64,000 bases of DNA from an uncultured Gemmatimonadales bacterium (GTDB taxonomy: Bacteria; Gemmatimonadota; Gemmatimonadetes; Gemmatimonadales; GWC2-71-9): the NCBI GenBank assembly GCA_963743195.1, contig CAVUOO010000001.1, positions 289,630 through 353,629 on the forward strand. The letters run 5' to 3'. The notes under the pieces were generated by a model. It saw only the letters and a list, made by a program, of their open reading frames with translations, was not told the DNA's origin and did no database searches. How positions within the stretch are numbered: position 1 is the stretch's first letter; each line of letters starts with the position of its first letter. Position numbers and translations under genes: made by a program. Positions 1 to 9,693 of this stretch are shown piece after piece.

Positions 1-285
1 CCGATGATCACCGGGCTGGAGAATCAACTCCAATCCGCCTTCGGGGAGTGGTCGAGTCGCGATCTCGGCGAGCTCTGCAAACTGCGCGACCGGCAGGAGG
101 GCCTCGTCACCAGCGCGGTATGCCGGCACCGTGCGGGAGACGTAGCGCCCCACGGCCAGCTCTACCAGAGTCGCATCCGGCGCACCAACGGCCGTGCTGG
201 TATCTGTCTTGGCCTGTGCCTCCAGACCACTCGAGGAGAGAAGGACGAGAAACGTCAGGGCCGCTGCAGCTCTGCCGATGCTCAC
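1..285 (-). CDS. Putative usher-like outer-membrane protein, N-terminal fragment running off the window
   Basis: Own minus-strand translation. GTG at 283-285 overlaps the chaperone stop (GTGA). N-terminus VSIGRAAAALTFLVLLSSSGLEAQA looks like a signal peptide. The frame stays open to position 1. The role is inferred only from position downstream of subunits and chaperone. Confidence 0.35.
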   Translation of the reverse strand, partial: MSIGRAAAALTFLVLLSSSGLEAQAKTDTSTAVGAPDATLVELAVGRYVSRTVPAYRAGDEALLPVAQFAELAEIATRPLPEGGLELILQPGDHR

Positions 286-1121
286 GGCAGACGGACCTCG
301 ACGGAATCACGGGCGGGAGGCGTTGCCAACACGAGCTCCGGAGGCAAATCCTCTCGCTGCGCCGCTACATCTACCCGGAGTCGATAGAGTCCCGCGGCGA
401 GACCCGTGGCGGGCAGTGGAGCGGTGATCCGAGGCTCCATGTCGTAGTACACGGCGAGCGGGCTGGCGAGCGAAGCGACCACATGGCCGGCGGAGTCGAC
501 GAGCGCCCCCCGCACCGTGCCGAGAAAGGCCGCATTCCCTGTCCGATCGAGACGCATGCGGACGGCTAGGGAGTCGTGTTCGATCGTGGCGGCCAAACTG
601 GAGGTCCGCACCCCGGTCGCCACACGACCCTTGCGATACTGCAGGGGAATGACGGTGCGAACCTCGAGCGCCAGCGCGACACGAACGCCGGAGCTGTCGG
701 TCACGCCCTCGACGGGCACCGTGCCACCCTTCGCGCTGACCACCAGGCGAGCCCAGTACTCACCATCGGGCAAACCCGCGGGCGGGCGCGCGAGCAGTCG
801 CACGGTCTGCCGCTGCTTCGGCGCCAGCAGCATGCGCTTCGGGAACACATCGATCCACCCCGCGGCCGAGGGATAGCTGTCGCTCGGCTGCTCGATGGCT
901 CGAAGCTCGAACCCCCCGATCGAGTCCGAGACCGGATAGCCGAAGAAGCTGGAGAAGGCGATCTCGACTTGATCGTCGCCGGGATTGTACAGCGTCAGCG
1001 AACCGCTGCGCGTGCGATGATCCATGATCACGGCGTGCGGAGCGACCAGGACACCCTGAGCGTCGGCCCCGGTCACAAGGAGCAGTGTCGTCATCGCGCA
1101 CAGCAGTGGAGCTCGGATCAT
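282..1121 (-). CDS. Periplasmic pilus chaperone-like protein (PapD-like size and layout)
   Basis: 279 aa with signal peptide MIRAPLLCAMTTLLLVTGADAQG. The composition is beta-rich. ATGA overlap with the upstream subunit gene and GTGA overlap with the downstream ORF. It sits between DUF4402-like subunits and an usher-like ORF. Confidence 0.5.
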   Translation of the reverse strand: MIRAPLLCAMTTLLLVTGADAQGVLVAPHAVIMDHRTRSGSLTLYNPGDDQVEIAFSSFFGYPVSDSIGGFELRAIEQPSDSYPSAAGWIDVFPKRMLLAPKQRQTVRLLARPPAGLPDGEYWARLVVSAKGGTVPVEGVTDSSGVRVALALEVRTVIPLQYRKGRVATGVRTSSLAATIEHDSLAVRMRLDRTGNAAFLGTVRGALVDSAGHVVASLASPLAVYYDMEPRITAPLPATGLAAGLYRLRVDVAAQREDLPPELVLATPPARDSVEVRLP

Positions 1122-1567
1122 TGGAGTTGGACCGTCAGGATGATGGTGTTCGTGTACGAGCCGAAGGTCTGAGCGGCGCTCGGCGTCACGGTTCCGCCGA
1201 TATACACGTTGATCGTGTTGCTGCTCGCGATCGTGAATGTCTGCGCGTTTTTCGGGTTGAACGTGACCGGCGCCGCGGCTCCAACGGCAAACGCATCGGT
1301 CGAGTTGAAACTGACCGGCAATGTCGCGCCCGATGGCCCGTTCAATCGGGTCGGCAGCGTAAACGTGAGCCGGACGACATTGCCGATCGCCGTCACGAAC
1401 CGAAATTGCCCGCTCTTTACCGCGTCGCTCGGCAGGACATGCACGGCCACACCCCGCACGACGTTACCGAACGCCAGGTTGCGGATCCCGCTGACGGTGA
1501 CCTGGGCGGCCGCCGGCGTGGCGGTGGCCAAGAGCGCGCAGCCGGCGGCGAACGAGGACAATCGCAT
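1118..1567 (-). CDS. DUF4402-like secreted fimbrial subunit candidate
   Basis: Internal ATG at 1567 is preceded by GGGAGC. Signal peptide MRLSSFAAGCALLATATPAAAQ, then VTVSGIRNLAFGNV, a motif typical of DUF4402. About 150 aa, Thr/Ala/Gly-rich. Paralogous to 1674-2165. Confidence 0.6.
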   Translation of the reverse strand: MRLSSFAAGCALLATATPAAAQVTVSGIRNLAFGNVVRGVAVHVLPSDAVKSGQFRFVTAIGNVVRLTFTLPTRLNGPSGATLPVSFNSTDAFAVGAAAPVTFNPKNAQTFTIASSNTINVYIGGTVTPSAAQTFGSYTNTIILTVQLQ

Positions 1568-1673
1568 CTGAGTGCTCCCGGGGGGGGCCGGTAATGAGTG
1601 CGCCGGTCGAGGGAGGGAACTTACCACCCCCGACCGGCGCGACTCCGCCCGGTTCGACGGGAGGCTGTCTAGC

Positions 1674-2165
1674 TCAGAGGTAAGCGACCTGCATGGTCAC
1701 GGTGCCGGTGTAGGCACCCGCGGGCTGGGCCGCGGCAGGAGACACGGTCGCACCAACGAAGACCCAGATGTTGCCGACCGAACCGGTGTTCGTCGGAGCC
1801 GCGCTCGGCGTGAATCCGGTCGCGCCCACGGCGCTGTTGCTGGTGTTCCAGCCGCCGGTCCAAGTGCCGATTGGGAGGTTGTTGGCGCCCGCCGTCAGGT
1901 TGGCGGGGAGCGTGAACGTGAGCGCGACGCCAGTGGCCGCGGCCTTCGTCACATCGAAGCGGCCGGCGCCGGCGTCGGTGATCGCGACGGTCTTGTTGAC
2001 TCCCGGCGTCACGTTGCCGAAGGCCAGGTTATTCCCATTGGCGACGGTGATGGCCGAGAGCACAGTGGCGGTGGCGTTGATGGAGCCGCTCTGGGCGTGC
2101 AGCGAAGCGGTGCCGAAACTCAAGGTCACGGCAGTTACAGCCGAAAATAGTGTTGCGGTGCGCAT
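1674..2165 (-). CDS. DUF4402-like secreted fimbrial subunit candidate
   Basis: 163 aa with a GGGGAGAGAGG Shine-Dalgarno-like run before the ATG. Signal peptide ends ASLHAQS, followed by ATATVLSAITVANGNNLAFGNV. Confidence 0.6.
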   Translation of the reverse strand: MRTATLFSAVTAVTLSFGTASLHAQSGSINATATVLSAITVANGNNLAFGNVTPGVNKTVAITDAGAGRFDVTKAAATGVALTFTLPANLTAGANNLPIGTWTGGWNTSNSAVGATGFTPSAAPTNTGSVGNIWVFVGATVSPAAAQPAGAYTGTVTMQVAYL

Positions 2166-2456
2166 TGCCTCTCTCCCCGATCGTTGAAGTGGATAGGTCC
2201 CGCTTCGCGTGGTGCAGGGGAGTTCGCGCTCCCCGTCGGTCGGCGGGGAGGGGCAATGCGTGTGCCAGCGATTGCCGCTGTCCTAAACCTTGACGGCCGA
2301 GGAGAAGATCTAGAGCCGCATCCCTTTACGGATCAACCGGGAGTATCGGGGGATGAATCGTACCGAAGTTTGACGATTTTGCGGTGACTGGCGAACCCGT
2401 GGGAAACGCGTAACTTACGGCCATACCGGACGTTTCGATTCACCCGAGGGAGCCGC

Positions 2457-2819
2457 ATGACTCGGTCTCCGACACTGCCTCACGAGAACGCATCCAGCCG
2501 CGTGTCCGCGGTGGCATCCGTTCTCAAGGTGTCGGGAACGGTGACGGTTCTCGTGGTCGCAAGTCTGAGTAGGCTGACTCCGATCCAGGCCCAGGCGATT
2601 GGCACGATGCAAGTCGTCGCCCAGGTCACCCCGGCCGGCGCGGCATGGGATGGACTCACAGCCGCCCAACAGGCCGCTCGGGAATTCGCCGCGGCTCCAG
2701 CCACGGAAACGCCGATCCGCACGGATTACTCCGTCATCCAGATCGAGGTCGAAACGACCGCTCAAGCGCTCGACCCTCGGCCCCAGCTGGCCATCTCGAT
2801 TCAGCACCTGCGGAACTGA
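2457..2819 (+). CDS. Hypothetical small secreted protein
   Basis: 120-aa ORF divergent from the pilus operon. It has a hydrophobic segment VTVLVVASLSRLTPIQAQA. I recognise no family and the start is uncertain. Confidence 0.3.
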   Translation: MTRSPTLPHENASSRVSAVASVLKVSGTVTVLVVASLSRLTPIQAQAIGTMQVVAQVTPAGAAWDGLTAAQQAAREFAAAPATETPIRTDYSVIQIEVETTAQALDPRPQLAISIQHLRN

Positions 2820-2823
2820 GCGG

Positions 2824-3279
2824 CTACTTCACATCCAGCAGCTCAACATCGAACACGAGGATCGCGTTGGGCGGGATGTCCGGTGGCGCACCCGCCGGCC
2901 CGTAACCCAGCTCGGGCGGGATCACGAGCTTCCGTCGGCCTCCCACTCGCATTCCGCTCACTCCCTCGTCCCAACCCGCGATCACCTGCTGGGCTCCGAT
3001 CGTGAATGAGAACGGCTCGTTCCGGTCGCGACTGCTATCGAACTTCTTTCCGGACGTCAGCCAGCCAGTGTAGTGCACCGTCGCAGTTCGCCCCGGCGAC
3101 GCCTCCTCCCCCTGCCCCTTCGACACGTCGACATATCGCAACCCTGAGTCGGTCCGCGTGAGCGCGGTGGTGTCGATCCCGAGATCGGCGCTGAATCCGC
3201 CGGGAGCTGCCGCACGATCCCCGCGGGGACCGCAAGCAGCAAGACCGAGCAGGACGGCGAGACGGGTGGCAGCTCGCAT
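2824..3279 (-). CDS. FKBP-type peptidyl-prolyl cis-trans isomerase, lipoprotein
   Basis: Lipobox LLGLAAC. Canonical FKBP core [60 protein letters not shown]. Confidence 0.9.
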   Translation of the reverse strand: MRAATRLAVLLGLAACGPRGDRAAAPGGFSADLGIDTTALTRTDSGLRYVDVSKGQGEEASPGRTATVHYTGWLTSGKKFDSSRDRNEPFSFTIGAQQVIAGWDEGVSGMRVGGRRKLVIPPELGYGPAGAPPDIPPNAILVFDVELLDVK

Positions 3280-3356
3280 GAAATCCTCGAATCGAGTGGT
3301 GATTTGAACTGGGCCAGGAACGAGAAGGCCGACCGGTGCGGTCGGCCCAGCTCGAA

Positions 3357-3430
3357 TCGGGACGGCGGGATTTGAACCCGCGACCCCTGCAACCCCATTG
3401 CAGTGCGCTACCGGACTGCGCTACGTCCCG
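3357..3430 (-). tRNA. tRNA-Pro (anticodon GGG)
   Basis: Hand-folded cloverleaf: acceptor CGGGACG/CGTCCCG, anticodon loop ATGGGGT, T-loop TTCAAAT. No encoded CCA. Confidence 0.85.
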
Positions 3431-3619
3431 GACGATCGCGGAGCGGAATTCTACCCCGCCGCTCCGGCTGGCGGAAGGGTCGGATGTCACGGTCCCTCCT
3501 CAGCTTCCTGATGTGTCGTCCGATACTATCGAGGAGGTGAGCAAGGGCACGGCCAATTCGGCCCGGCATTTGCAAGGTATACGGGTGTGGCCCCTTGGGC
3601 GTACCAGGAGGAGAGGGAT

Positions 3620-3805
3620 ATGAGCCAGAGCGATGGGCGGCCTTGGGAAGATGACGGTGATCTCCCCTGGGACACGCCGGACGACAATGCATGGGAGCCC
3701 GCCGATTCAGAGGCGTGGCGCGGCGATCTTCATCTCGACGATTGGCCCGAGAACCTGGCCGGTCCCGAATATTGGCTCTATAAGAAAGATCAGACTGATG
3801 AGTAA
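3620..3805 (+). CDS. Small acidic Trp-rich hypothetical protein (61 aa)
   Basis: Strong RBS AGGAGGAGAGGG precedes the ATG at 3620. Sequence MSQSDGRPWEDDGDLPWDTPDDNAWEPADSEAWRGDLHLDDWPENLAGPEYWLYKKDQTDE. Followed by a hairpin terminator. Confidence 0.45.
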   Translation: MSQSDGRPWEDDGDLPWDTPDDNAWEPADSEAWRGDLHLDDWPENLAGPEYWLYKKDQTDE

Positions 3806-3831
3806 GTCAGGTCGAAATCTCGCCTCGCGCT

Positions 3832-3863
3832 GAGGGCCGGCTGTCGCCGGCCCTCATTGTTTT
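3832..3863 (+). terminator. Rho-independent terminator-like hairpin between convergent genes
   Basis: Stem GAGGGCCGGC / GCCGGCCCTC (3832-3841 / 3846-3855), loop TGTC, then ATTGTTTT. Confidence 0.5.
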
Positions 3864-4759
3864 CCCCGAACCCTGAGCGGTCTCGCCCCGAATACGACCA
3901 AGCCGACACCAAGCAAGATGGCCGAACCGCCCACCGCGGTCCCCCACCCCAGCGTCTCCCCAAGCAACCCGACACCCAGGAGAACCGCGATCAGCGGCGT
4001 GACCAGCGGAATCAGCAACACTCTTGTAACCTCGATGTGCCTGATCAGCCAGTAGTACGCCAGAAACGCAACGACGGACCCGACCACGGCCAAATAAACC
4101 AGGGCAACTACTGCCCGCGTCGTCCAGTGGTATTCAGCGGGGTTCCCCTCGAGGAGAATGCCTCCAACCAGCAGCGGCACGCACCCGGTTGCCATCTGCA
4201 CACCGGCCAGGAGCGCAGGATCGAAGTGACCTCCGCGCGCTTTGACGAGCACACTCCCCTGGGCGCCGGAGAGCGAGGCCACGATGATAGCGAGACTCCC
4301 CCAGAATGCATGCTTCCCGTTCCCGCCCAGCTCGGCCGAGCACACGATCGCCACTCCCACGAGACCGAGCAGGACACCGAGTACTTTCTTCGCCGTCAAC
4401 TGCTCGCTGGCGACGTACCGGTGCGCCAGCGGCAATCCAAACAACGGAATCGTCGCATTGAGCAGCGCCGCCAGTCCGGAGGCGAGATACTGCTCACCCC
4501 AGAAGACGAGGGCGTAGTTGACCGTGATCGTGAGAAACCCGGTCCAGGCCAGGAGCCTCCAATCGCTCGCACGCGCCGGCAGCCGGATGCGGCGGGCGAG
4601 GATGATCGCGAACAGAATCACCGAGGCGATCACGAAGCGAATGCCGGCGAACGTGATCGGCGGGAGATCCCGCAGACCCACCTTGATGGCGAGCCAGGTG
4701 GATCCCCAGATCAGGCAGAGGGCGGTCCAGATCACCAGTGGAAGCCACCTTTGAGCCAT
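3854..4759 (-). CDS. EamA/DMT-family transporter
   Basis: 301 aa, about 10 predicted TM segments in a duplicated EamA-like layout. N-terminus MAQRWLPLVIWTALCLIWGSTWLAIK. Confidence 0.85.
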   Translation of the reverse strand: MAQRWLPLVIWTALCLIWGSTWLAIKVGLRDLPPITFAGIRFVIASVILFAIILARRIRLPARASDWRLLAWTGFLTITVNYALVFWGEQYLASGLAALLNATIPLFGLPLAHRYVASEQLTAKKVLGVLLGLVGVAIVCSAELGGNGKHAFWGSLAIIVASLSGAQGSVLVKARGGHFDPALLAGVQMATGCVPLLVGGILLEGNPAEYHWTTRAVVALVYLAVVGSVVAFLAYYWLIRHIEVTRVLLIPLVTPLIAVLLGVGLLGETLGWGTAVGGSAILLGVGLVVFGARPLRVRGKQ

Positions 4760-4770
4760 GCGCTGACGAC

Positions 4771-6021
4771 CTAGTGATGAATTTCCCTGAGGCGCCGAAG
4801 CTCAGGCACCCGCCAGGCGGTGACCGCTACCACTCCAAGCGTGGCCAACCCGCCGAGCACGACTGAAGAAACCGTCCCGAGAAGCCGAGCAGCCACGCCC
4901 GACTCGAACGCGCCGATCTCGTTGGAGCTTCCGATGAAAATGGCGTTGACCGACGAGACCCGCCCCAGGAGATGGTCGGGCGTCAGAACCTGTAGCAAGG
5001 TCGAGCGTACCACCACACTCACGGTGTCGAACATCCCGCTCGACGCGAGCAGAATGAGCGAGAGCCAGAAGCTTCGAGACAATCCGAAACCGATCATCGT
5101 CACGCCGAACATCGCCACATTGGCAAACAGTGTTCGACCTACGCGTCGGAGCGGTGGCCGATGCGCCAGGACCAGCGACATCAACACCGCGCCCGCCGCC
5201 GGCGCCGCCCGCAGAAGGCCGAGTCCCTGCGGTCCGACGTGCAGGATCTCTCCCGCAAAGACCGGAAGCAGCGCGGTCGCCCCACCGAACAGGACCGAAA
5301 AGAGATCGAGGGTCAGCGCACCGAGAATCACCGGCTGGCCGCGGACGAAACGGACACCGCCTGCCAGACTCTCGACGAACGACTCCTCGGTCGCGGCGCG
5401 CGACTCCGGCTTGTGAGAGATACGGGTGATCGCCACCAGCCCGACGATCATGAGCGTGACGTCTACTACGTAGGCGGCTGTCGCGTTGCCGAATCCGTAC
5501 ACCAGGCCGCCAAGTGCAGGACCGAGAACCGCCGCGAGCTGCCAGGTCGAGCTTCGCCAGGTGACGGCGTTGGGATACAGCGACCGGGGAACGAGTTCGG
5601 CGCTGAGCGCGGTGCGCGAGGGTTGGAGAAAGCTGCGGGCGATGCCACTCGAGAAGATCACGACATAAATCGGCCACACGCGGCCGCGATGAAGAATGCC
5701 GGGCTGAATGGTGAAGAAGAGGAGTGCTGCCGAACAGATCGTGAGCGCCCCAAGCGCGGAGCGTACGAGACCGAGGCGGCTGGTGCGGTCGGCGAGGTGA
5801 CCGGCCGGCAGGGCGAAACCGATGAACGGCAGCGCTTCGGCCAGGCCGATCAGCCCGAGGGACAGCGGATCGTGCGTGAGGCCGTAGACCTGCCAGCTCA
5901 CCACGACCGCCTGCAACTGGGTGGCGAGGTTCATCGTCAGCAGGCTGGCGGTGAACCACCGGAAATTCGGTATCCTGAGTGAAGCGTACGGATCGTGCGG
6001 CTGCGGGTGGGAAGACGTCAC
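4771..6021 (-). CDS. MFS transporter (EntS/MFS_3-like)
   Basis: 416 aa, about 12 TM segments. N-terminus ...LRIPNFRWFTASLLTMNLATQLQAVVVSWQVY is typical of this MFS subgroup. It ends 11 nt upstream of the EamA gene. Confidence 0.85.
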   Translation of the reverse strand: MTSSHPQPHDPYASLRIPNFRWFTASLLTMNLATQLQAVVVSWQVYGLTHDPLSLGLIGLAEALPFIGFALPAGHLADRTSRLGLVRSALGALTICSAALLFFTIQPGILHRGRVWPIYVVIFSSGIARSFLQPSRTALSAELVPRSLYPNAVTWRSSTWQLAAVLGPALGGLVYGFGNATAAYVVDVTLMIVGLVAITRISHKPESRAATEESFVESLAGGVRFVRGQPVILGALTLDLFSVLFGGATALLPVFAGEILHVGPQGLGLLRAAPAAGAVLMSLVLAHRPPLRRVGRTLFANVAMFGVTMIGFGLSRSFWLSLILLASSGMFDTVSVVVRSTLLQVLTPDHLLGRVSSVNAIFIGSSNEIGAFESGVAARLLGTVSSVVLGGLATLGVVAVTAWRVPELRRLREIHH

Positions 6022-6045
6022 GGCCGGAAGCTAAGATCGGCCGCC

Positions 6046-8598
6046 TTAGAACCCAAACCCGGCCCTCAAATAAAATCCCGTGTGTTCTTCCCCGCGGGCG
6101 AGCGCCGCACTGATGGTGTTCGCTCGGCCGACGAAGGCGAGCCAGACCCCACCCCCCGCAGCTCCGTGCCAGCGATCGCTCGATTCACCCTTGACGTACA
6201 CCCGCCCCACATCACCGAGTCCGAAAATGCCGAAGTCTCCCGGCACGAGAAAGAAGAACCGACTCAATCTGAGTCTGAGCTCGGCACCACCGTACACCGC
6301 GGCGTCGCCGGCGTAACGATTTTCGCGCCCGAGTCGGACAGTCGAGATGCCGCCGATGAACGCCGCCTCCTGGTAGGGATACGTTCCCCAGACCTTCTTG
6401 GCGCCCGCCCGGAGTGCGAGCGTCGGCTCGAGCGGCAGGGACTTGGCGGTGAGATACGTGGCGGCCAGTCCGTGTACTTCTCCGAAGTTCGACGAGTCCA
6501 CACTGAACAACTTCGGAAAGAAGCTTCCACCGGCCGTGAAGAGCACTCCACGAGTGGCGGCGTTCTCGTGGTCGCGAGTATCGACCTCGAGATCGGCGCC
6601 GACCGACCCCGCGGAAAAATTTCCCGAGCCATACGGTCGTGCGATGGAGATGAAGCGATTCTGATCGAAATTGGTGCTCGAGTAGCGAAAGCGTGGACCG
6701 GCAGACACCCAGACGTGGGGAGCCAGCGGCACCGCGATCACCGGAGACACCGAGTAGTCCGTCTGATTCACGCGGTAGAACTGGGAGGGGCCCACCTCGC
6801 TCGTCTCGTTGCCGAACCCATGGAAGCGAAGGACATCGATGCCGGACGCGCGCGCGAGGAGTATCAACGTGGCCGGTGAGTTCACCCGATGCCATTCACC
6901 CCTGAAGTCCACCCGCACCGTTGATGCCCCGGTCGAGTAGCCGGCGCGCAGCCGGTATCGCTCGGCGAAGGGGTCTTTGCGAAATCCGTAGCGGGTATAG
7001 GTGACACCGCCGCCCGCGAGCAGTCCGACGTCGGGGCCGATCGACAGGTAGAGCAGCGAGAGCCATCGGTTTCCCCAATCACGCTGCGCCGTGTCAGGCG
7101 GCGCATACGGCTTCCGGCTCATGCTCACATGTCGCCCTGGCAGGACGCTGTCGCCCTTGCCCGTCGCATAGAAGGAGACGCTGCCGCCGCGCGCGGAATC
7201 GGCCACGGCATCCTGGCCACCGCCACCGATCACGCGGATGCGAGGCCCGCCTCCCGCCCCGCGGATGACCACCCGGTCGTCACCGCCATGCAGATATATG
7301 CGGACTTCGTGTGTCTCCTTGCTATCGAATCGGCGCCGGAAGTACGGCCGATCGGGTGCCTCCGCCGTGGCGGCCGTGATCTCCGCATGGCCGTCATCGG
7401 TCCGCTCCACGGTGACGATCTCCGACGCGTCGGTTGCCTGGAGATCCACCTCACCGGCCAGGTGGCGGTAGTAGCGTCGCGCCGCCTCCGGAAGCTCGTC
7501 CCGACGCGATTTGAGCGCGCTCGCGAGCCGCGCAGAATCGACCGCGAGGTGACTCGGTGGCAAGTGAGCGACGGCCGACTCGATCGCTTCGTTCGTGAGG
7601 TGGGATTTGAGGTCCGCGGCGATCGAATCCCACACCGGCAACTCGAGTCCCACGAGGTAATGACGATCGAGGTCGCGCCCATTCCAGGTGAGCCCCAGCA
7701 TCCCGGGATAATGGGGACCGAACTTGACCAGTTGCGGAGCCGTCCCGCGCGCCACGGTCAGCAGGATCCCATCGTACCGCACGAAGGCCTGGTCACGGTC
7801 TCGAGGTATCGGCACCCAGAGCGTCGGCTTCTCGTCGCTGAACCTGGCCCACCGCCACTGGTCCCGGTGCCGATCCCAGTCGCCCAGGAAGCCGTCCATC
7901 AATCGCGCGGCCAGAAACGTCCGCGCATCGACCAGGTCGTTGGGACCGTGCTCCACCCTCTTGTCGAGCTTGTCGCTGTTGATGATCTCGAGCGCGCCCG
8001 CGAATGCATTCTCCGCGTCGTCATCTCCCTTGGGACGGTCCTCGAGAATACCAAGCATACCGCCGAAATCAGCCTCGAACTTGCCGAGACGAGGGTTGCC
8101 CTTCGGCAGAACGACGAGGCGAGGCTCGGAGTGCAGTACGCCGGTGCTGGAGAGGAGTGGCGCGACGACAAAAGGCGCCATCGGATCGGCAGCGCTGATC
8201 TGATCCTGCACGACCCGAGCGACCACCGTGCCTCTGAGCTCGGGCGGAAGAATCGCCGCCGGGTCCTTATCGACGGAACGGAAGGCGTATTCCCGACCAT
8301 CCGCGCCCTCGAACCGCAGCGACTTCGTTTGCTGACCACCGCCACGCGTCGTCGCCTTGAGACCGCCGGCGAAGTTATCCAGGTCGAGCACTTCGACCCG
8401 CACCGGAGTGGTCCAGAGATTTCGGTAATGGTTCCCGAGAAACAGCCGATGGAGCCAACCCGCACGATATCGCGCGCCGGGAACCACGGTGACGCTTTCG
8501 GTGGCGGCCGTTTGCCCTGGAGACGCCGATGGGTCCGTTTGAGATTGAGCGAGTGCCTGGATCGGGAGGGTGAGCAAGAGGACAGCGATGAATTTCAT
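6046..8598 (-). CDS. Omp85/bacterial-surface-antigen family beta-barrel protein with a large N-terminal domain of unknown function
   Basis: Start moved to the ATG at 8598, which has a GGAGGA RBS and signal peptide MKFIAVLLLTLPIQALAQ. The C-terminal roughly 330 aa is barrel-like and ends in the OMP signature ...FYLRAGFGF. I could not recognise POTRA repeats. Confidence 0.75.
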   Translation of the reverse strand: MKFIAVLLLTLPIQALAQSQTDPSASPGQTAATESVTVVPGARYRAGWLHRLFLGNHYRNLWTTPVRVEVLDLDNFAGGLKATTRGGGQQTKSLRFEGADGREYAFRSVDKDPAAILPPELRGTVVARVVQDQISAADPMAPFVVAPLLSSTGVLHSEPRLVVLPKGNPRLGKFEADFGGMLGILEDRPKGDDDAENAFAGALEIINSDKLDKRVEHGPNDLVDARTFLAARLMDGFLGDWDRHRDQWRWARFSDEKPTLWVPIPRDRDQAFVRYDGILLTVARGTAPQLVKFGPHYPGMLGLTWNGRDLDRHYLVGLELPVWDSIAADLKSHLTNEAIESAVAHLPPSHLAVDSARLASALKSRRDELPEAARRYYRHLAGEVDLQATDASEIVTVERTDDGHAEITAATAEAPDRPYFRRRFDSKETHEVRIYLHGGDDRVVIRGAGGGPRIRVIGGGGQDAVADSARGGSVSFYATGKGDSVLPGRHVSMSRKPYAPPDTAQRDWGNRWLSLLYLSIGPDVGLLAGGGVTYTRYGFRKDPFAERYRLRAGYSTGASTVRVDFRGEWHRVNSPATLILLARASGIDVLRFHGFGNETSEVGPSQFYRVNQTDYSVSPVIAVPLAPHVWVSAGPRFRYSSTNFDQNRFISIARPYGSGNFSAGSVGADLEVDTRDHENAATRGVLFTAGGSFFPKLFSVDSSNFGEVHGLAATYLTAKSLPLEPTLALRAGAKKVWGTYPYQEAAFIGGISTVRLGRENRYAGDAAVYGGAELRLRLSRFFFLVPGDFGIFGLGDVGRVYVKGESSDRWHGAAGGGVWLAFVGRANTISAALARGEEHTGFYLRAGFGF

Positions 8599-8771
8599 GA
8601 AGCGATCCTCCGGCCAACTGAGCAAGGTAGTCCACGGCATAGAGCTTAGGGATGATTTGGAACGCCAGCAAGGACGGCCGACGATCACATTGCTCCCGAT
8701 CAAGGTCGCGGCGATACTGGTGATCGGGTGGCGCGAGCCGGCAGAGACCCCGAAACGGATGGCATGCGGCA

Positions 8772-9689
8772 ATGGCGATGAACGAATCCGGCAGGAGGGA
8801 GGGGACCTTGCGCGTACGCGTCGGGGCAGCGCTGCTCCTCGCTCTGCCCTGCCTCGGCGGAGTCGATTCCGTGCTCGCCCAGAGCGACTCCACCACATCA
8901 TCTGCTGGTCGAGCGCTTGCGCATTACGATCTGACGGGCGCCGGCACTCGACGCTTCAAGCTTCCCTCCGAGCTGAATGAGATCTCGGGCCTCGCGTTTA
9001 CTCCAGAGGGAAGACTCCTCGCGCACGGGGACGAACGCGGGGTGATCTGGCAGATCGACCCTACCACGGGAGTGTCGGCCGACCGATTCGGTTTCGGCAG
9101 TCACGGACGAGTGCTTCGTGGCGATTTCGAGGATATCCAGGTCGTCGGTAGGCGTGTGTTTCTCGTCACCAGTGAGGGCCGGATCTTCGAGGCCCTCGAG
9201 CCCTCGGACAAGGTGATTGTGGATGCGATCCCGCGCAGCCCGGGACTGGCCGGTGCGTGCGAGGTCGAGGGCTTGGCCTGGGATCCGCCAAGCACTTCGC
9301 TGCTGGTTCTCTGCAAGCACGCCTATACCAAGCGGTGGCGTCGATCGGTGGTCGTGCTCGCGGTGTCCATCGAGACCTGGCGATTCGAGCCCGAGCCCCG
9401 CATGCTGATTCCCGAGAGCGCTCTCGAGCGCGTGACGAGCGAAAAACAGTTCCACGGATCGGCGATCGTGCGGCATCCACGGACCGGGACCTATATCCTG
9501 CTTGCCGGTCCCCAGCACGCCTATGCCGAGGTGAGCCCGAAGGGCGTGGTCCTGGGGGGCGGACAATTGCCCAGCGAGCTCCACCGACAGCCGGAGGGCA
9601 TCGCCGTCGGGTCGGACCTTACTCTCTACATCTCGGATGAGGGGGCGGGAAAGCATGCGACGCTCACGGCCTATGCGTACCGTCCGTAG
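8772..9689 (+). CDS. SdiA-regulated/YjiK-like beta-propeller protein, secreted
   Basis: Signal peptide ...ALPCLGGVDSVLAQ. Motifs LNEISGLAFTPEGRLLAHGDERG and EGIAVGSDLTLYISDEG resemble the SdiA-regulated family. Confidence 0.55.
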   Translation: MAMNESGRREGTLRVRVGAALLLALPCLGGVDSVLAQSDSTTSSAGRALAHYDLTGAGTRRFKLPSELNEISGLAFTPEGRLLAHGDERGVIWQIDPTTGVSADRFGFGSHGRVLRGDFEDIQVVGRRVFLVTSEGRIFEALEPSDKVIVDAIPRSPGLAGACEVEGLAWDPPSTSLLVLCKHAYTKRWRRSVVVLAVSIETWRFEPEPRMLIPESALERVTSEKQFHGSAIVRHPRTGTYILLAGPQHAYAEVSPKGVVLGGGQLPSELHRQPEGIAVGSDLTLYISDEGAGKHATLTAYAYRP

Positions 9690-9693
9690 TCGC

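Noticed and set aside
7129-8649. 506-aa plus-strand ORF inside the Omp85-family gene
   Set aside because: Antisense to a gene with a signal peptide, RBS and C-terminal barrel signature. The composition is Arg-rich with no motifs.
8599-8901. Upstream extension of ORF 6046-8901 (951 aa)
   Set aside because: The first 101 codons are Arg/Ser-rich with no signal peptide. The internal ATG at 8598 has a GGAGGA RBS and a classic signal peptide.
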